Source: Octopus vulgaris (taxonomy: Eukaryota). Taken from it: a stretch of 64,000 nucleotides of DNA. The translations under genes were made by a program, and so were the position numbers. Of the stretch, positions 11,420 through 25,959 are shown piece after piece. Below the pieces are notes generated by a model. The model worked only from the letters and a program-made list of their open reading frames with translations, did no database searches and was not told where the DNA came from. How positions within the stretch are numbered: position 1 is the first letter of the stretch; each line of letters opens with the position of its first letter. Location: contig OX597827.1 of the NCBI GenBank assembly GCA_951406725.2, positions 39,246,001-39,310,000 of the forward strand, given 5' to 3'.

Positions 11420-12230
11420 ATATATATATATATAAACAGATCTTGTAGGTTTCAAGACACTACCACCACTACCACCAACAATAATGTAGACACCATCACC
11501 AAGTAACAGCCTGACAATGACGACGACAACCACCACCACCAACAAAAACACCATTGGCAAGTCAAACCCCACCACCAGTGCTGATATTGCTGCGGACATC
11601 ACCACAACCACCACATCACCACTGCCACTCCATCATCAACAAAAACAACAATAATGATAACATCTCAATGTGACCACCACTTCTAAAAACAATGAATTTG
11701 GGGCCTCATATAAAAAAAAACAAAAATAATGGCACTCCATCAGTTACAATGTTGAGAGTTGCAGTTGATCTCATCAAGAGAACATCCTGCTCATGAAATA
11801 AACGTGCAAGTGGCTGAGTATTCCACAGACAAGCGTAACCTTGACATAGTTCTCAGGGAGATTCAATGTGACACAGAATGTGACAAGGCTAGCCCTTTGA
11901 ATTACAGGTACAACTCATTTTAGCCAGCTGAGTGGACTGGAGCAACATGAAATAAAGTGTCTTGCTCAAGGACACAACATGTCACTGGGAACTGAACTCT
12001 TGACCTCATGACCATGAGCCAAATACCCTAACCACTAAGCCACACACCTTCACTGGGACCTCATATGTCTCAGGCAAAGAGATCTGTACTTGGAAAGGTT
12101 GAATCCAAGTTACAGGCCTAGGAAGATCTGCAATGTAATCTTCCTTCATCATACCATTAGTAGTGGCTGAGGGAAAGGCAAGGATTAACACAACTTGTTA
12201 CCAGTGTTTTTGTTGCATATGTTGCTGTTA

Positions 12231-12560
12231 GTGAAGGTGCATGGCTCAGTGGTTAGAGCATTGAGCTTATGCTCATGAGGTTGTGAGTTTGATTCCCGGA
12301 CCAGGCTGTGTGTCGTGTTCTTGAGCAAGACACTTTATTTCACATTGCTCCAGTTCACTCAGCTGTAGAAATGAGTTGTGACGTCACTGGTACCAAACTG
12401 TATCGGCCTTTGCTTTTCCCTTGGATAACAATGGTGGTGTGGAGAGGGGGTGGGCTGGTGTGCATGGGCAACTGCTGGTCTTCTATAAACAACCTTGCCT
12501 GGACTTGTGTCTTGGAGGGTAACTTTCTAGGTACAATCCCATGGTCATTCATGACTGAAG
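12231..12560 (+). mobile_element. tRNA-derived SINE, family C
   Basis: A box tggctcagtggttagagc and B-box-like gagtttgattcc; homologous to 49061-49395 and 59241-59576. Confidence 0.8.
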
Positions 12561-13243
12561 TGAATCACCCTGTTGTCATCAGAAAACAAACAACCAAAAC
12601 TGGTACCACAAGGCATCTTATCTAATGCTCTAACAATTTTGCTAATCTGGCATAGTATTTGTAGGCCCTGGTATAGTATTTGTAGGCTCTGAAAGAGTGA
12701 AAAGCAAATTTGACTTTGATGGGATTTGAATCCAGAATTCAGAGAGAGGGAACAAATACTGGTTTCAAATTTTGGTACAAGGCCAGCAATTTCAGGAGAG
12801 GAGGATAAGCTGATTGCATTGACTCCAGTGATCAACTGGTACATATTTTATTGACCCTGAAAGGATGAAAGGCAAAGTCAACCTTGATGGAATTTGAACT
12901 CAGAATGTAAAGACAGATGAAATGCTGTAAAGCATTTTGCCCAGCATGCTAATGGTTCTACCACCTTGCTGTTTTAAAGCTGGAACAAATATTGCCAGGC
13001 ATTCTAACAACTTTGTCAACTCACTGCCTATCAACAACAGTATTTGCACTCCTCCCCCCAACAACAACTTGCTAGAAATAGCAGCTAAATCTCCCTGGTG
13101 TTGTGATTGTGTTGTAGGTGTGCTGCTGTTGTATTGCCATTATTAGAGGAATAAAATAAGTGAAAAAACACTGGTTAATTTCACTACTTTTACTGAAGTC
13201 AAGCCAGCAGATGAAAGGTAAAGATACATTCATTAATTTCAGT

Positions 13244-13297
<54 letters not shown>

Positions 13298-14445
13298 TTA
13301 ATGTCTACTTTCTATTATGGCTTGGGTTGGATGGTTTGACAGGAGCTGGCCAGGCAGGAGACTGCACCAAGCTTCAGTGTCTGCTTTGACATGATTTTTA
13401 CAGCTGGATGCCCTTCCAACCACACTACAGAGTGGACTGAGTGCTTTTTATGTAACACCAGCACTAGCAGAGCCACCAAGTAAGTAACTTGCAAGACAAC
13501 TATCCTTTGAGAGGGGAGGGGCATTGGAGGAGGTGACCTTGTGAGAACAATAAACAATAACAACAACACACAGATTAAGTAGAACTGATGGTGGTGGTGG
13601 TGGTGGTCCCAGCAGTTTTCTTGCTGTTGTTGTTTACAGGGGAGGGAGAACTATAGAGTGGCTCAGTCAACCAGCTGACTAGACACATCAATCAATCAAT
13701 AAATGTACAAACTATAATAATAAATGTTAAATAAAATAAAATTTTGGAAAATAAATATTAAAATGAGCAGAGATCATGTAACTGATCTCCACAGAAACAA
13801 TACAGTTTAAGAAATGTAATTAATTGCATAAAATGAAAGAAAAATTACAAACAAAACATGCACACATACACACTCATACATGCATACACAGAGAATGAAC
13901 CAAATTAATAAGAACAAACAAGCAGAATCAAGAGGCATGCATATAGAGCAAACATAAATGTCTGAACTTCCAAAAGGAAGATCAGAAAAAAAGATTAATA
14001 AAAAAAAAATTCTATATTGTTTTACTTTTAAATTATATTTTTCATACATAGGCACAGAGCCTCAAATTTAGAATAGGAGTATAGTCAAATATATTCAATA
14101 TACCCCAACCAGGACTTAAGGGAAGCATTAAGGGCAAAGTTGATTTTAGCAGGGTTTGAATTCAGAACATTAGAAAAGGTTACCAAATACCACTAGGTAT
14201 TTTCTGTTCATTGCTTTGCCAATCCTAATGATAATGATAATGATGTGTAGCTAACATTTAAAAAAATGGTTATAGAGAAAGAAAAGAAAATATGTCAAAG
14301 GTAGTGGTGGTGGTGGGTTAAGGAAAAAACAGACAGAAGGGATAAAATGGGTTCACATGAGAAGGTTATTGTTTTATTATTATTATTTTTTTTTTTCGAG
14401 GTAAGGATCAAATAGAGGAATTTTAGGAGGTGTGTGGGGACCTAC

Positions 14446-14499
14446 CTTGGCTGCAGCCCGTTTTGTGTAGGCTCTCAGCCACAAATTACACCAGGTCAC
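14446..14499 (-). CDS. Candidate 54-nt frame-preserving micro-exon (VTWCNLWLRAYTKRAAAK)
   Basis: ccttccttcacag|GTG...AAG|gtagg; phase 0-0, open only in the required frame; lies between the last Tudor exon and the giant exon. Confidence 0.5.
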
Positions 14500-16746
14500 C
14501 TGTGAAGGAAGGATTTGGGGAGAGCGAATGATAAAAAGATATATCAATCAGTAAAAAACAAAGGAAAGGAATGCACAAGAAAAAAATATATACAATAATA
14601 AAATAAAACAAATAAACAAGTTAAGACTATCTTCCAGGTTGTTTTAGCAACAGAAGTTCTTGTTGATTTGAATTTCAAATTATTTCAAAAATTTTGCAAT
14701 TGTTTTCTTATTGGGTAACTTCAGAGTAGAATACCTTTAGATTTTTATGAGATTGTTAGAGAAATAGGAGAAAGATAAGATTAATGTTCATGGACTTCCT
14801 AGACTTTGCTCTCAAAAACTGCATGGTTTTCTCTCCAGGTTCAGAAAATATTTCAGCCCCTACCTCACCCAATAACTACAAGTCTCAGATTAGAATCACA
14901 AAGGAGTACCACTCTTGTATCTGGAAGGACGCCGTTGCTACACACTTAGTCATCCTATATCACATTAAAAAGTGAGGTTATATGTTTGACGGAATGTCAT
15001 GAAATCACTCTCAGACATGTTCCAACCAATGGTCCACAAATGTGCCATCTCCTTTCTTCATCTGTTCTAATTGCTATTACAATGGCCTCTGCTCTTTGTA
15101 GCAGGCTGGGCTTGTGCCACCTTCACTCAGGCACATCTGTCTCCTTATCTCTCCTCTTCTGATCACTGATATTCTGCTCACTCCTTTATTTCCTCTTCTA
15201 GGCCCCCAGCTAACCCCCATGTTCAGTTCTTTCTTCCCAGAACATCAACCCTTTAGAATTCCATTTCTGTACATGTCTTTCCTGTAATGTAATCAAGGAC
15301 TTGTAATAGTTCAAGTGGAATGTGAATGGCAAAGATTATAAGCACAGACTGCACACCACCTTCCTTGAGACCAAGCTTAAAGAATACATTTAAAAAAAAA
15401 AAGGATAGATGACATTGATGTGAGTAATGTCCAAAGTGAACATCAGTAAGTCAGGCCTGTGTTTATAAGGGGAGAGGAAAGGGCAATGGAGGATATTTCT
15501 GAAGGGCTGTAGTTCTGTGTAGGAAAGACTGAACAAAGGATTAAACGGTTTAGGGTGGAGTCTGGAAGCTAAGATGCAGTAAGGATGACAGAAAGAAGAG
15601 AAGAAGCAATGGTTAGGATAAGTAAGTTTGGATGGTGGGTGGCAAGGATATACAGATAGCTAGTTTTGAGGAGCAGAGATTGTTGTAGTAACAGTAGAAG
15701 ACAGAGAAAAAGAAGAGATAGACAGATAAAAAGAAAGAGAAGGGAGAGAATGAGAGAGAGAAAGAGAGAGTTTATTAATCCCACCAAGAAATGAATATCA
15801 TTACCATGTTTTATATTTTGATCTGCAAATTAAACAATAAAACAACTAATTGCTAAATTCAATACATAACGTTCATATTTGATCTCTGTTCACTTTTAAT
15901 GAGCATTATCTAATTATATACTCACGCATATATTATTAACTAATTACACACACCTGTATATTACCTGACTGTGCACACAATTATCTAATTGTGTACACAT
16001 GCGTGCAAGAACATTTTGTTACAACTTTGTGTAGATAGTGAAGTGAAAAGAATCTCAACCAGTCAAACTATCTATTCATTGTCCTCTCTCTTTCTTCCTC
16101 CTCCTCTTTCTCTCTCTCTCTCTCTCTCTTTGTATGAAGATATGTGTGTGTGTGTGTGTGTTGATGTCACAAGAATTTAGAAACCTAGAGAATGTGAAAT
16201 AATTCTTTTTAGGAACGGTGAAACTTGAAGCCGACTAAGCTATAAATAATGATTTCAAACCTTGGCACAAGGCCAGCAATATTGGAGGAGGAGGGGAGTA
16301 AGTTGCTTACATTGACCCCCAGTGCTCAACTGGTTGGTACTTATTTTATTGACCCTGCAAAGATGAAAGACAGAGTTGGCCTTGGTGGAATTTGAACTCA
16401 GAATGTAAAGACAGATGAAATGCCACTGAGCACGATGTCTGGTGTGCTAAATATTCTGCCAGCTCACTGCCTTAAATAAAGCTATAAATAATAACAAGTA
16501 AATATTGGGTCAAAACCCTTTGAATAGAGAAAGTTGAAGGCTGCTGTGGGACTTGAACCTGCACCTCCTGTAAACATGTATTCACACACATACACATTTA
16601 TACATGCATATATATGAATAAATGTTATATGCTGGTTTGTCTGTGTGTGTTTGTGTGTGTGCGTGTGTGTATATATGCTTGTATATGTATATATATGTTA
16701 TATATGTTTGTGTATATGTATATATATATGTTTATGATATCTACTA

Positions 16747-16797
<51 letters not shown>

Positions 16798-18270
16798 AAT
16801 CTACCTCTCTCTTTATATATAATGCCTACAACCTACTAACTTATCTACCTATCTATCAACGTATCAGTCTAGCTAATTAATTAACTAAACTCAGGCTAGT
16901 TCACATTATACATCAGTGTATTTATTAAATCTAAACAGAGATATTGATAAAGAGAATATAATAAGTTAATACAAACTCCACCTACGAGACTTTTTTTATG
17001 TTCTTTAGACAAGTAACATGTGACTGCGTAGATTATTTTTTATATATATGATTATCTGTATGTATAAATAGCATGCAATTAATTTATGATTAATAGAATT
17101 CATTTTCACACACACACACACCTTTATATATAATATGCAATAAATTTATAATTAAGATAGGATACTAGAGATAATTTTCTATTTTCTCATGATGACTAAT
17201 TACTCTCAGAGCGACACTACTTGCTAATGGTACCTATTTACAGTTAAGTGGATTGAGCTTTTGAAAAGCAATGTGTTCTTAGCCATTGATGCAATATCTC
17301 AGATCTCTGCAGATTTTTTTTTCTCTGTTTGTTCAACATCCTTTTAACTTGGCGAGGTAGACCACTCAAACATAAACAGAACCAACCCATTAAAAATATA
17401 TTAAAAAGAGGAAATAATTTTATCTTTTTTTTAAAATATTAATTCAAACAAAATACTAGTTTCATTTGGATTTTAAAAAAAATATTGTTTTCTACTTTTA
17501 CATTCAGTAGCAAATTCAAGAGTAACTATGATGCATTTAACAACAACAAATAATGCAACAAATTGACCAACAATATGATATTATTAAACATTAAAATCAC
17601 TAATTTGAGACAGAAAAGAACAACAGGCTCATTGACAAGATTCAAACTGTATATCTATCCCTTACTGGTTTGAATTCTGCCAGAGGGACCATTTCTCTAT
17701 TTTTTTCTCAAATTGGTTCTTATAATGTCTAAAGCCATCCACATAAAAATCTTAGTAATTAATTTAAAGTGATGATATATCGAATGTGGACTGAATATGC
17801 AATTGTGGAAAATTTGTCCTAATGTAATTCTTTCAATTGAAACAATGGGGAAGCAAGTTCAAACTGTGGGGGAGTATATTGTTACCCTCTATACTCAAAT
17901 AAGTTGCAATTTTTTTTACTACAAAAAAAAAAAAAACCAAAAGAAAGAAAACTTGCATGTGGCTTATATAGTAAATCATAATCAGAGCTTGAAATTTGAA
18001 GTATACATGTGTGCCCCACCCCCCAGCAAACGATTGATCTGTAGAGTGGGTTGGTCATGTCAGTACACAGTCTATATGACTCAGTATTGTAAGCAAGTAT
18101 ATGTTGATGGTATCTTGCATGAAAGTAAAAACAACTGTTTAAGCACAATTGGATTCTGCTGCAAAACAACCATGCTTACTTTTCCCAAATTTGTGACTTT
18201 GCCAATATCAATGTTAAAGTATTTTATAGGATTTGCATACTATATATATATATACATCATCATCCTCATC

Positions 18271-18600
18271 GTTTAATGTCCGTTTTCCATGCTAGCATGG
18301 GCTAGATGGTTCGACCGGGGTCTTGGAAGCCAGGAGGCTGCACCAGGCTTCAGTCTGATCTAGCAGTGTTTCTTCTACAGCTGGATGCCCTTCCTAACGT
18401 CAACCACTCCGTGAGTGTAGTGGGTGCTTTTTACGTGCCACCAGCACAGGGGCCAGAGGAAGCTGGCAACAGCCATGATCAGTTGGTGCTTTTTACGTGC
18501 CACTGGCACAGAAGCTAGTCAAAGTGGCCCTTGGCATCGGCCATGTTTGGATAGTGCTTTTTACATGACACCAGCACGGGTATCACAACTACAATTTCCA
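18271..18600 (+). mobile_element. Interspersed SINE-like repeat, family B
   Basis: tttaatgtccgttttccatgctagcatggg...ctggatgcccttcctaa; other copies near 13300, 22726, 27361, 42617, 56230, 62330. Confidence 0.75.
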
Positions 18601-18601
18601 T

Positions 18602-18632
<31 letters not shown>

Positions 18633-18989
18633 TAAACAATGGGCAATAAAATGCTAGTTTAAGTGTGGTATACATAGTCACGAAATAGAGTTCAGGGAGG
18701 TCAGAATCTTAAACTCCAAATTCTTCATGAGAGTGACGTAGTATGCATAATCTCCAGAAACAGACTGTTGCCATAAAGATTGTAAATTGTAACTACAGAC
18801 TGTTTTAAGTTAAATTCTACCAAACCAGTATTGAGTGCACTCTATAATGTAATTTAAAGGATATGATCAATTATATAAAATAATTAGACTGTCTCAATAA
18901 ATTCTAGAAATTAAAAAATACCTGTACAATGACTATACTTATAAAGAGGTGTAGAGTTATGCATGTGTGTATTGTTGTTGAAGATTCGT

Positions 18990-19038
<49 letters not shown>

Positions 19039-19215
19039 GGAGTGAGAGAGAGAGAGACAAGTTATTTAGTTAAAGTGGCTAGGAGCTATTTGAAATGCTA
19101 CACTCTCAACAGGGATTGTCTCTCTTAATACATTCTCTCTTCTATAGACACAAAGATACACATGCGAACATGCATGTGTATGTGCATACTCAAGATAATA
19201 ATGATAATAATAATG

Positions 19216-19255
<40 letters not shown>

Positions 19256-21329
19256 TAATAATAATAATAATAATAATAATGATAATGTGGCAAGAATGAT
19301 CCAGTGGGAGCTCTGTGGAAATCACGGGCTACAAAGAGCTAGTTAACTACATTGTCCCCGGCACTCAATTGGTACTTATTTTATCAACTTCAAAAGGATG
19401 AAAGGCGAAGTTGACTTCAGTGGAATTTGAACTCAGTATGTAAAAAGCCAAAATAAATGTCGTTTTTGCCTGGTGTGGTAAGGATTCTGCTAAATCTGAT
19501 CCCCAAAAGGATGAAAGGTAAAGTTACCATCAACAGGATTTGAGTTCAGAATGTAAAGAGCTAGCAAGATTGAGTTTCTGTGGATGTTGACTGTAAAATT
19601 GAATTGATAAAGAAATCTCAGAAAAATATCAACATGCTATATTACTCATGGTTGTGCTGGATATTTTGGAAAGGTTTTGATTATGTATGTGTGTGTGTGT
19701 GTGTAAGCATGTGTACCATTTAGAACTCTTTACTAATATAACTTTTTATTTTATTAAAAGAAATCAAATTTTTCTTTGAAACCATTTACTTTTTTGTTGG
19801 GGGTTGAGTAGGAACTTGCTTTCCTCATGGAAGTCTTGACCATTTTGAATACCAAACCTGCTTGAATCTAAATCTGGTTTTAATGATACAAAACTGTCCT
19901 TTTTTGTAAAGTGATCATATATAAATTATAATTCAGAAAACTCTTCCACAATAATTTTGTCAGACATCTTCAGTTACATTATGGCCAAAATACTAGCTTA
20001 CTAACATTAGATTTAATTATTTTATACAGTGTTCAAATATTTTCAAAATTGATTGAAGTACTTAGTGTTATTTCATTAAAAATATGGTCAGTAAAAATTT
20101 AACAAGAAATAAAATATAAAAAGAAACAAAAAGAAAATAATGGAAATAAATAAATAAAACAAAAGTAAAACTAAAATAAAACTAATTCTAAAAAGCATCC
20201 AGAAGATAACAACAAAAATATGCAAAAAACAATAACTAAATCTACAAATTCGGTGAGTGGTTGGTGGCTTGAAAAGATCTGTAAGTGTTACAGTAAAGTT
20301 TAGAAGCCATCTAGAATGTGACAAAGTTGGAAACAACAAACTAACTATATATGTATATTTGTAGCTATATCCATCTATATATGTATGTGTGTTTGTGTGT
20401 GTGTGTGAGCATGTGTATCATGACTGAGCGGTAGAGTGCCATCATCATCTCATTATGTCATCTTTTTTGATGAGTGCTGGGATTGGGTTTTCCCCTATCA
20501 TGTGTGAAACTGATTGGTAAAATACTATATATATATATATATATATGATGACCTCTCCTGTTGATTTCAGCATGACAGTCTAGTTGTTCCGTCCAATAAA
20601 TGACCCTCACATTGAATTAGTGTGTGAAGTGGTTGAGTATTCCTTAGGCATATATACCCTTAATTTAATTTCTAAGAAGAATCAATGTAACACAATGTAA
20701 CAAGACTGGACATTTGAATTGCAGGTCCAATCATTCTGATGGGTCTCTACAGTTTCAGTCAACAAAATCTCACTCATAAGGCTATGGTAAAAGACACTTG
20801 CCCAAAATGACATGCAGAAGGATTGAACCTGAGACATTATGACTGTGAAGCGAACTTCTTAACAACTCAGCCATGCCTAAGTCTATGTATCTATTTGTTT
20901 TAACCTCTATTTTTGCATGCCCTTCTTGCCTCTAAACCTAACTTACTTTACAAGTAAGGGATCTCATATTTCAAATTTTTTCAAAGGTATGAAACAAGCA
21001 GGTGATGTGTTGTGAATGGAAGTAACAACGACAACACTGCTTACAGTGAGTGACATCCTTAGAACCCAGAAGTGAACAAGCACAAAAATACATGCATGCA
21101 TATACACACACATACATATACAAGTGTGTGTGTGTGTGTGTGTGTATATACACACACACATACACACATACACATGCCCATATGATGGGTGAGACTAAAG
21201 TAGAAGGCATTTGTCCAAGTGCCATGCATTAGAACTAAACCCAAAACCATATGGTTGGGAAGTAAACTTCTTGACCACATACTTGCATACCTGTACCTTA
21301 TATATATATATATTCTGTTTTTTTACGAC

Positions 21330-21621
21330 CAGGCTATCAGATGTTGCTACACATCGCTGGTCACAATGCACTTCACATTGTTTTAGCTTTCAAATGACAC
21401 CACCCCGCTGGTTAAGCGAGCAGGCCAACAGAAGAAAGAGTGAGAGAAAGTTGTGGCGAAAGAGTACAGCAGGCATCGCCACCCCCACCCCCCTGTGGGA
21501 GCCTCGTGGAGCTTTAGGTATTTTCGCTTAACAAACACTCACAATGCCCAGTCTGGGAATTGAAACCGCAATCCTACAACCGCGAGTCCACTGCTCTAAC
21601 CAGTGGGCCATTGCGCCTCCA
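21330..21621 (-). mobile_element. tRNA-derived SINE, distinct family
   Basis: Reverse-strand head ggaggcgcaatggcccactggttagagcag...ggtttcaattccc with A/B-box-like motifs; flanked by (TA)n. Confidence 0.65.
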
Positions 21622-22111
21622 TATATATATATATATATATAGAATTTTCTGTTCTGTTATTGGTGGAATCATCAATAAAGTACTCCATCCAGTGTGAGAT
21701 AAAAATCATTTAATATACACAATAGTTATATATATATATATATATACATATATATTACTTTGTGAAGGCTAATACTACACATAATAGCTAGACAAGTAAC
21801 CCTTTCAGAGAACACAGCTTTGTGTATCATATTGCAATAATTACTGCTACACATAGCTGACTGAAGACAAAATTCTCAGTGTTACCACCAACTATCCGAC
21901 ACCTTCAAAGAGTTGACAAAACTCAAATGAAAAATATACAAATAAAAATAAATGAAATAAAATAGAACAAAATAAAAATAAAATGAAAAGAAGAAAACAA
22001 TAAAAAGAATCGAAATTAAGAAACAAAGAAAGGCAAACCCTGAAACCTTAATGATGGAACAAAATATTTTCTTGTTAGTTTTAAGAAAGTTAAATAATCT
22101 TCATGTTTTAC

Positions 22112-22266
22112 CTGGGGTCCATCATAGTCTATGAGCTGGAGACAAGGCACCAAGCCATGAGAGGTAGGTTGATATCTGACAATTTCTCCGGATATGATCT
22201 TCGATTGGTTCATACACACCATATTTTCAAATGCGTTACATGCACTTCGAGTCCAGTCATGGTCAT
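22112..22266 (-). CDS. TDRKH: TDRKH-like coding exon 9, SN-like part of the extended Tudor domain
   Basis: aactcaag|AT...CAG|gtaaa; DDHDWTRSACNAFENMVCMNQSKIISGEIVRYQPTSHGLVPCLQLIDYDGPQ; W-x3-A-x2-AF and P-x3-L-x-D patterns typical of extended Tudor domains; phase 1-0. Confidence 0.88.
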
Positions 22267-22434
22267 CTTGAGTTTGGAGATTTTTAATTTGGTTTCGGAG
22301 ATTTTATGTTATTATTATTATTTTTGTTGTTGTTGTTGTTGAAAATATGAAAATAAAAAAAAGGGTAAGTCAAAATGATTGAGGAAAATAAATATGTAAT
22401 GATACAAAACATGCAATGACTATAAAACTTTGAC

Positions 22435-22727
22435 ACCATCATAATCCTCATCACCATCATCACTGCCACCACTATCATCATCATCATCATCATCATTGTT
22501 ATCATCATCACCATCATAACTGCCACCACTATCATCATCATCATCATCATCATCATTATCATCATCATCATTATCATCATCATTGTTATCATCATCACCA
22601 TCATAACTGCCACCACTATCACCATCATCATCACCATCATCATTGCCACCACTACTATCATCATCATCATCATCATCATCATTATCATCATCACCATCAT
22701 CACTGCCACCACTATCATCATCATCAT
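22435..22727. repeat. Compound (CAT)n microsatellite with a recurring higher-order block
   Basis: Repeated ccatcat[ca]actgccaccactatcatcatc blocks. Confidence 0.9.
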
Positions 22728-23309
22728 TTAATGTCCATTTTCCATGTGGACAAGCAGGGGAGCTGCACCAGGCTTCATTGTCTGTTTTAGCAGGGTTTTT
22801 TTTACAGTTAAACGCCCTACCTAATGTCAACCACTTTATGGAGTGTACTGGGTGCTTTTTATGTGGCACCAGCACCAGCGCATTTTAAGTGGCATCATTA
22901 CTGACAGGGTCACCTAGTACCTAACAAGAGAAAAATTCCTTGACTGAGAGGGTGGGGGGAGTAGTATTAAGGGGTGGGGTGGTTTTGTGCCAGTTGAGAG
23001 ATTAAAGGTATAGAGGATAAGAGACAGGTGTCTTGCTGTAGAATAGATGCATGAGTACCACAGTTGCAAAAGAAAGGAGAGTTAGAAAGTAAGATAAAGA
23101 GAGCGGGTGAATCGGAGAGTGAAATAAAGAGATTGATAGTGAAGGAGATGTTGGCAAAGATGTGTCAGGACATGTCTGCATCTTTAAATGAAATTAACAG
23201 TCCTTGTGCATTATTGAATGGCTAACATGTGGCTTCTATGCTGCAACTGTTTTAGCTTCAACACATGATCACAGACCAAATCATTTGCCTGGTAAGTACA
23301 CCTCCAAAA

Positions 23310-23381
<72 letters not shown>

Positions 23382-24013
23382 CACTGCCACTGCTGCTGCT
23401 GCTGCCGCCACCACCACTACTACTAATGATAAAATTTGGTTTCAAATTTTCACACAAGGCCAGCAATTTTAGAAGGATGGGGTTAGTCAATTATGTCAAC
23501 TCCAGTGCTCAACTGATACTTATTTTATCAATCCTGAAAGGATGAAAAGTAAAGCTGACTTCAGTAGTATTTGACATTCCAGTTATTTTGATGATGATGA
23601 TGATGATGATTTATAACTTAGGCACAAGGTCACAAATCTTTGGAAAGTCAAAAATTGATCTTGGGGAAAATTTGAACTAAGAATGTAACAAGCAATGATG
23701 GAAAACTGTTCAGCATTTTTGTAACTTTACCTATCATTTCTACCCTCTGAGCTAATACATGGTTTCTGAATTAGACACAAAGCTAAGAACTTTGAGGGGA
23801 GGGAGTCTAGTCAATACTTTTGACCCCAGTATTGGTACTTTGTTTTATAGACTCTGGAGGAATAAAAGGTAAAGCTGATCTCAGTAGGATTTGAACCCAG
23901 GATGTAAAGAGCTGAACTGAATACCAAAAAGCATTGTTTCCAATGCTCTAATGATTCTTATAGCTCACTGCATCTTTGAGCTGATAAATAATATGAAATA
24001 TAAGCAGACCTAC

Positions 24014-24078
24014 CTTTAGGTTTTATATTAGCAAGGTAACACTCAACGGCTTGGTATGGAAGACTCAGATATTCCTCT
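24014..24078 (-). CDS. TDRKH: TDRKH-like coding exon 8
   Basis: ttatttccag|A...G|gtagg; EEYLSLPYQAVECYLANIKPK, the conserved F/Y-L-x-L-P-x-Q-A-x-E-C-x-L-A motif after the Tudor core; phase 2-1. Confidence 0.93.
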
Positions 24079-25208
24079 CTGGAAATAAAGTAAATTATAT
24101 TTGTTTACAGTTAAATTGTTTTGTTAAATTATCTTCCAAAAATCACATTATTATGTTGATAAATAAAAAAGTTAGAGTTGTTTAATGAAACCAGACTAAA
24201 TTTATGATTATGTCAGAAATTAATTAAAACATGTAAGGTGTGTATTTCGGTTAGAAATATGGTAATGAAAGGGTTAAAAAACAACAAACATGATGGATTG
24301 ATAGTGATGGTAGAAGGCTGGAATTAAAAGCAATTCAGTGAATACAAATTAATTTCTCTGTATTCTAAGTTTAAAATCATGCTGGTGTCATTTATTTCAT
24401 TGGCTATGTCTTGTGTTATTGCTAACAAGTTTGTTGTCTTATATCAATGTCAATGTCCTTATAACTCTTGATTTTTGTGGGGTTTGGCTTGTCTGGCATC
24501 GCTGAAGAACTGCTCTTCATGTAAGGGTTTGTAGTACGTGTGACACTAGAGGACCTTCTCATTGCTTTATGCAGAGACCCAGGAGAAACTTGAACTTAAT
24601 GCAGCAAATTAACAAACCACTTGGCTATTTTACTGTAAAGCTGCAATCTAAAGTAGTAAAATTGTTCTTACCATTTTGAAGCCCCTATTTTGCAGCTAGG
24701 TGAACTGAACTTATTTTATAATCAAGTGACAATAATTACCAACGCCACACAACACACAAAGTGCTGTTGTGAAAATATGAATCACTGAGTCAAACTAAAT
24801 GCCTTGCAGTAAATTGATCTCATTTCTCTTGTGTTCTGAATTCAAATCTTATTGGTGTCGACTCAGTTTTTCAGCTCAAGTCATTTTAATTGACTGTGTT
24901 TCATTCCATCCACAAAATAATTTGTTGTTATAAATCAGTAATGTTTTCAAAGAGTCCTGTCAATTGCTGAATAATAATGGGGGTACTGACAACCCTGTTT
25001 TCATCAGTTCCCAGATAAACATAGAAAGAAAAGAGATAACACCAGGCAGATGAAAAGAGAAAGACACACAGAGAGTGGTATATGTGAATAAACATAGAGA
25101 GGAAAAAGAGAGAGGTAGAGAGAGTAAGGTAAGGATATAGTTTGATTGACAGAGAGGAAGAGAGAGATAGGAAGATAGAAAGAGAGGGAGAGAGAGAGAG
25201 AGGCTTAC

Positions 25209-25381
25209 CTTAAACGGCATACATTGTCTTTTGGCACTTCTTCATTGTAACCATAATCAACACAGAAGACTTTATAACTATTGTTTAGCACAGCGGTGAC
25301 ACGAGCCCGGTACCATTGTGACTGGTTAGAGAGGCATACAGCCACAACATCGTCAACAGCAACTTCATGACATTGGTACGT
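25209..25381 (-). CDS. TDRKH: TDRKH-like coding exon 7, Tudor core
   Basis: tttaacag|ACG...AG|gtaag; TYQCHEVAVDDVVAVCLSNQSQWYRARVTAVLNNSYKVFCVDYGYNEEVPKDNVCRLR with WYRARV and VDYG hallmarks; phase 0-2. Confidence 0.95.
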
Positions 25382-25959
25382 CTGTTAAACAGATAAATTA
25401 CAAATATTATGATATTAGTTTCAAATGTTGGCACAAGGCCTGCAATTCCAGGGGAGGGGGTTAAGTCGATTACATTGACTCCAGTGTTCAAACTGGTACT
25501 TATTTTGTTGATCCTGGAATGATGAAAGGCAAAGTTGACCACAGCAGAATTTGAACTCAGAATGTAAAGACAGACGAAATGCTGCTAAACATTTTATCCA
25601 GTGTGCTAATGCTTCTGCCAGCTCACAGTCTTATATATTATAATTAATATTAACATAGAGTGTCAGACAAAATATTTCATTGTACTCTAAATGAATATGT
25701 ACATACACACAGATGTATATGCCGAGTAGATAACAGAATTGGTAGAGCATCTGACAAAAATACTTTGGTTATATTTCTTCACCTCTGACTTAAAATTCTA
25801 CTTAGATACACTTTGCCTGTCATCCTTCTTTGACTAATAAATTAAATAATAGGAGTGATACAATCAACTGATTCTTGGAAGGCAGTCTCCCTGCATAGCC
25901 ACAGTCTTTTGACTTAAACCAGTAAAAGGAAAGGTACATGAAAATTGTCAAAAACTTAC

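Noticed and set aside
10998-11614. Poly-P/T/G/V ORFs; likewise poly-N, -D, -I, YI, CV, HT and ER ORFs elsewhere
   Set aside because: Translations of microsatellites with no splice or domain support.
12240-12305. tRNA-like sequences (also near 49070, 59510, 61765)
   Set aside because: These are SINE heads fused to repeat bodies, not complete cloverleaves.
18179-18240. Possible exon YANPIKYFNIDIGKVTNLGK|gtaag as the missing Tudor helix
   Set aside because: Its acceptor is only the end of a (TA)n run, with no pyrimidine tract.
19283-19340. DNVARMIQWELCGNHGL fragment after (AAT)n
   Set aside because: Resembles a tiny R4/Dong-type LINE relic; too short to annotate and not a host exon.
23190-23296. 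Possible plus-strand exon ending CTG|gtaagt
   Set aside because: Weak acceptor and no partner exons or recognisable product.
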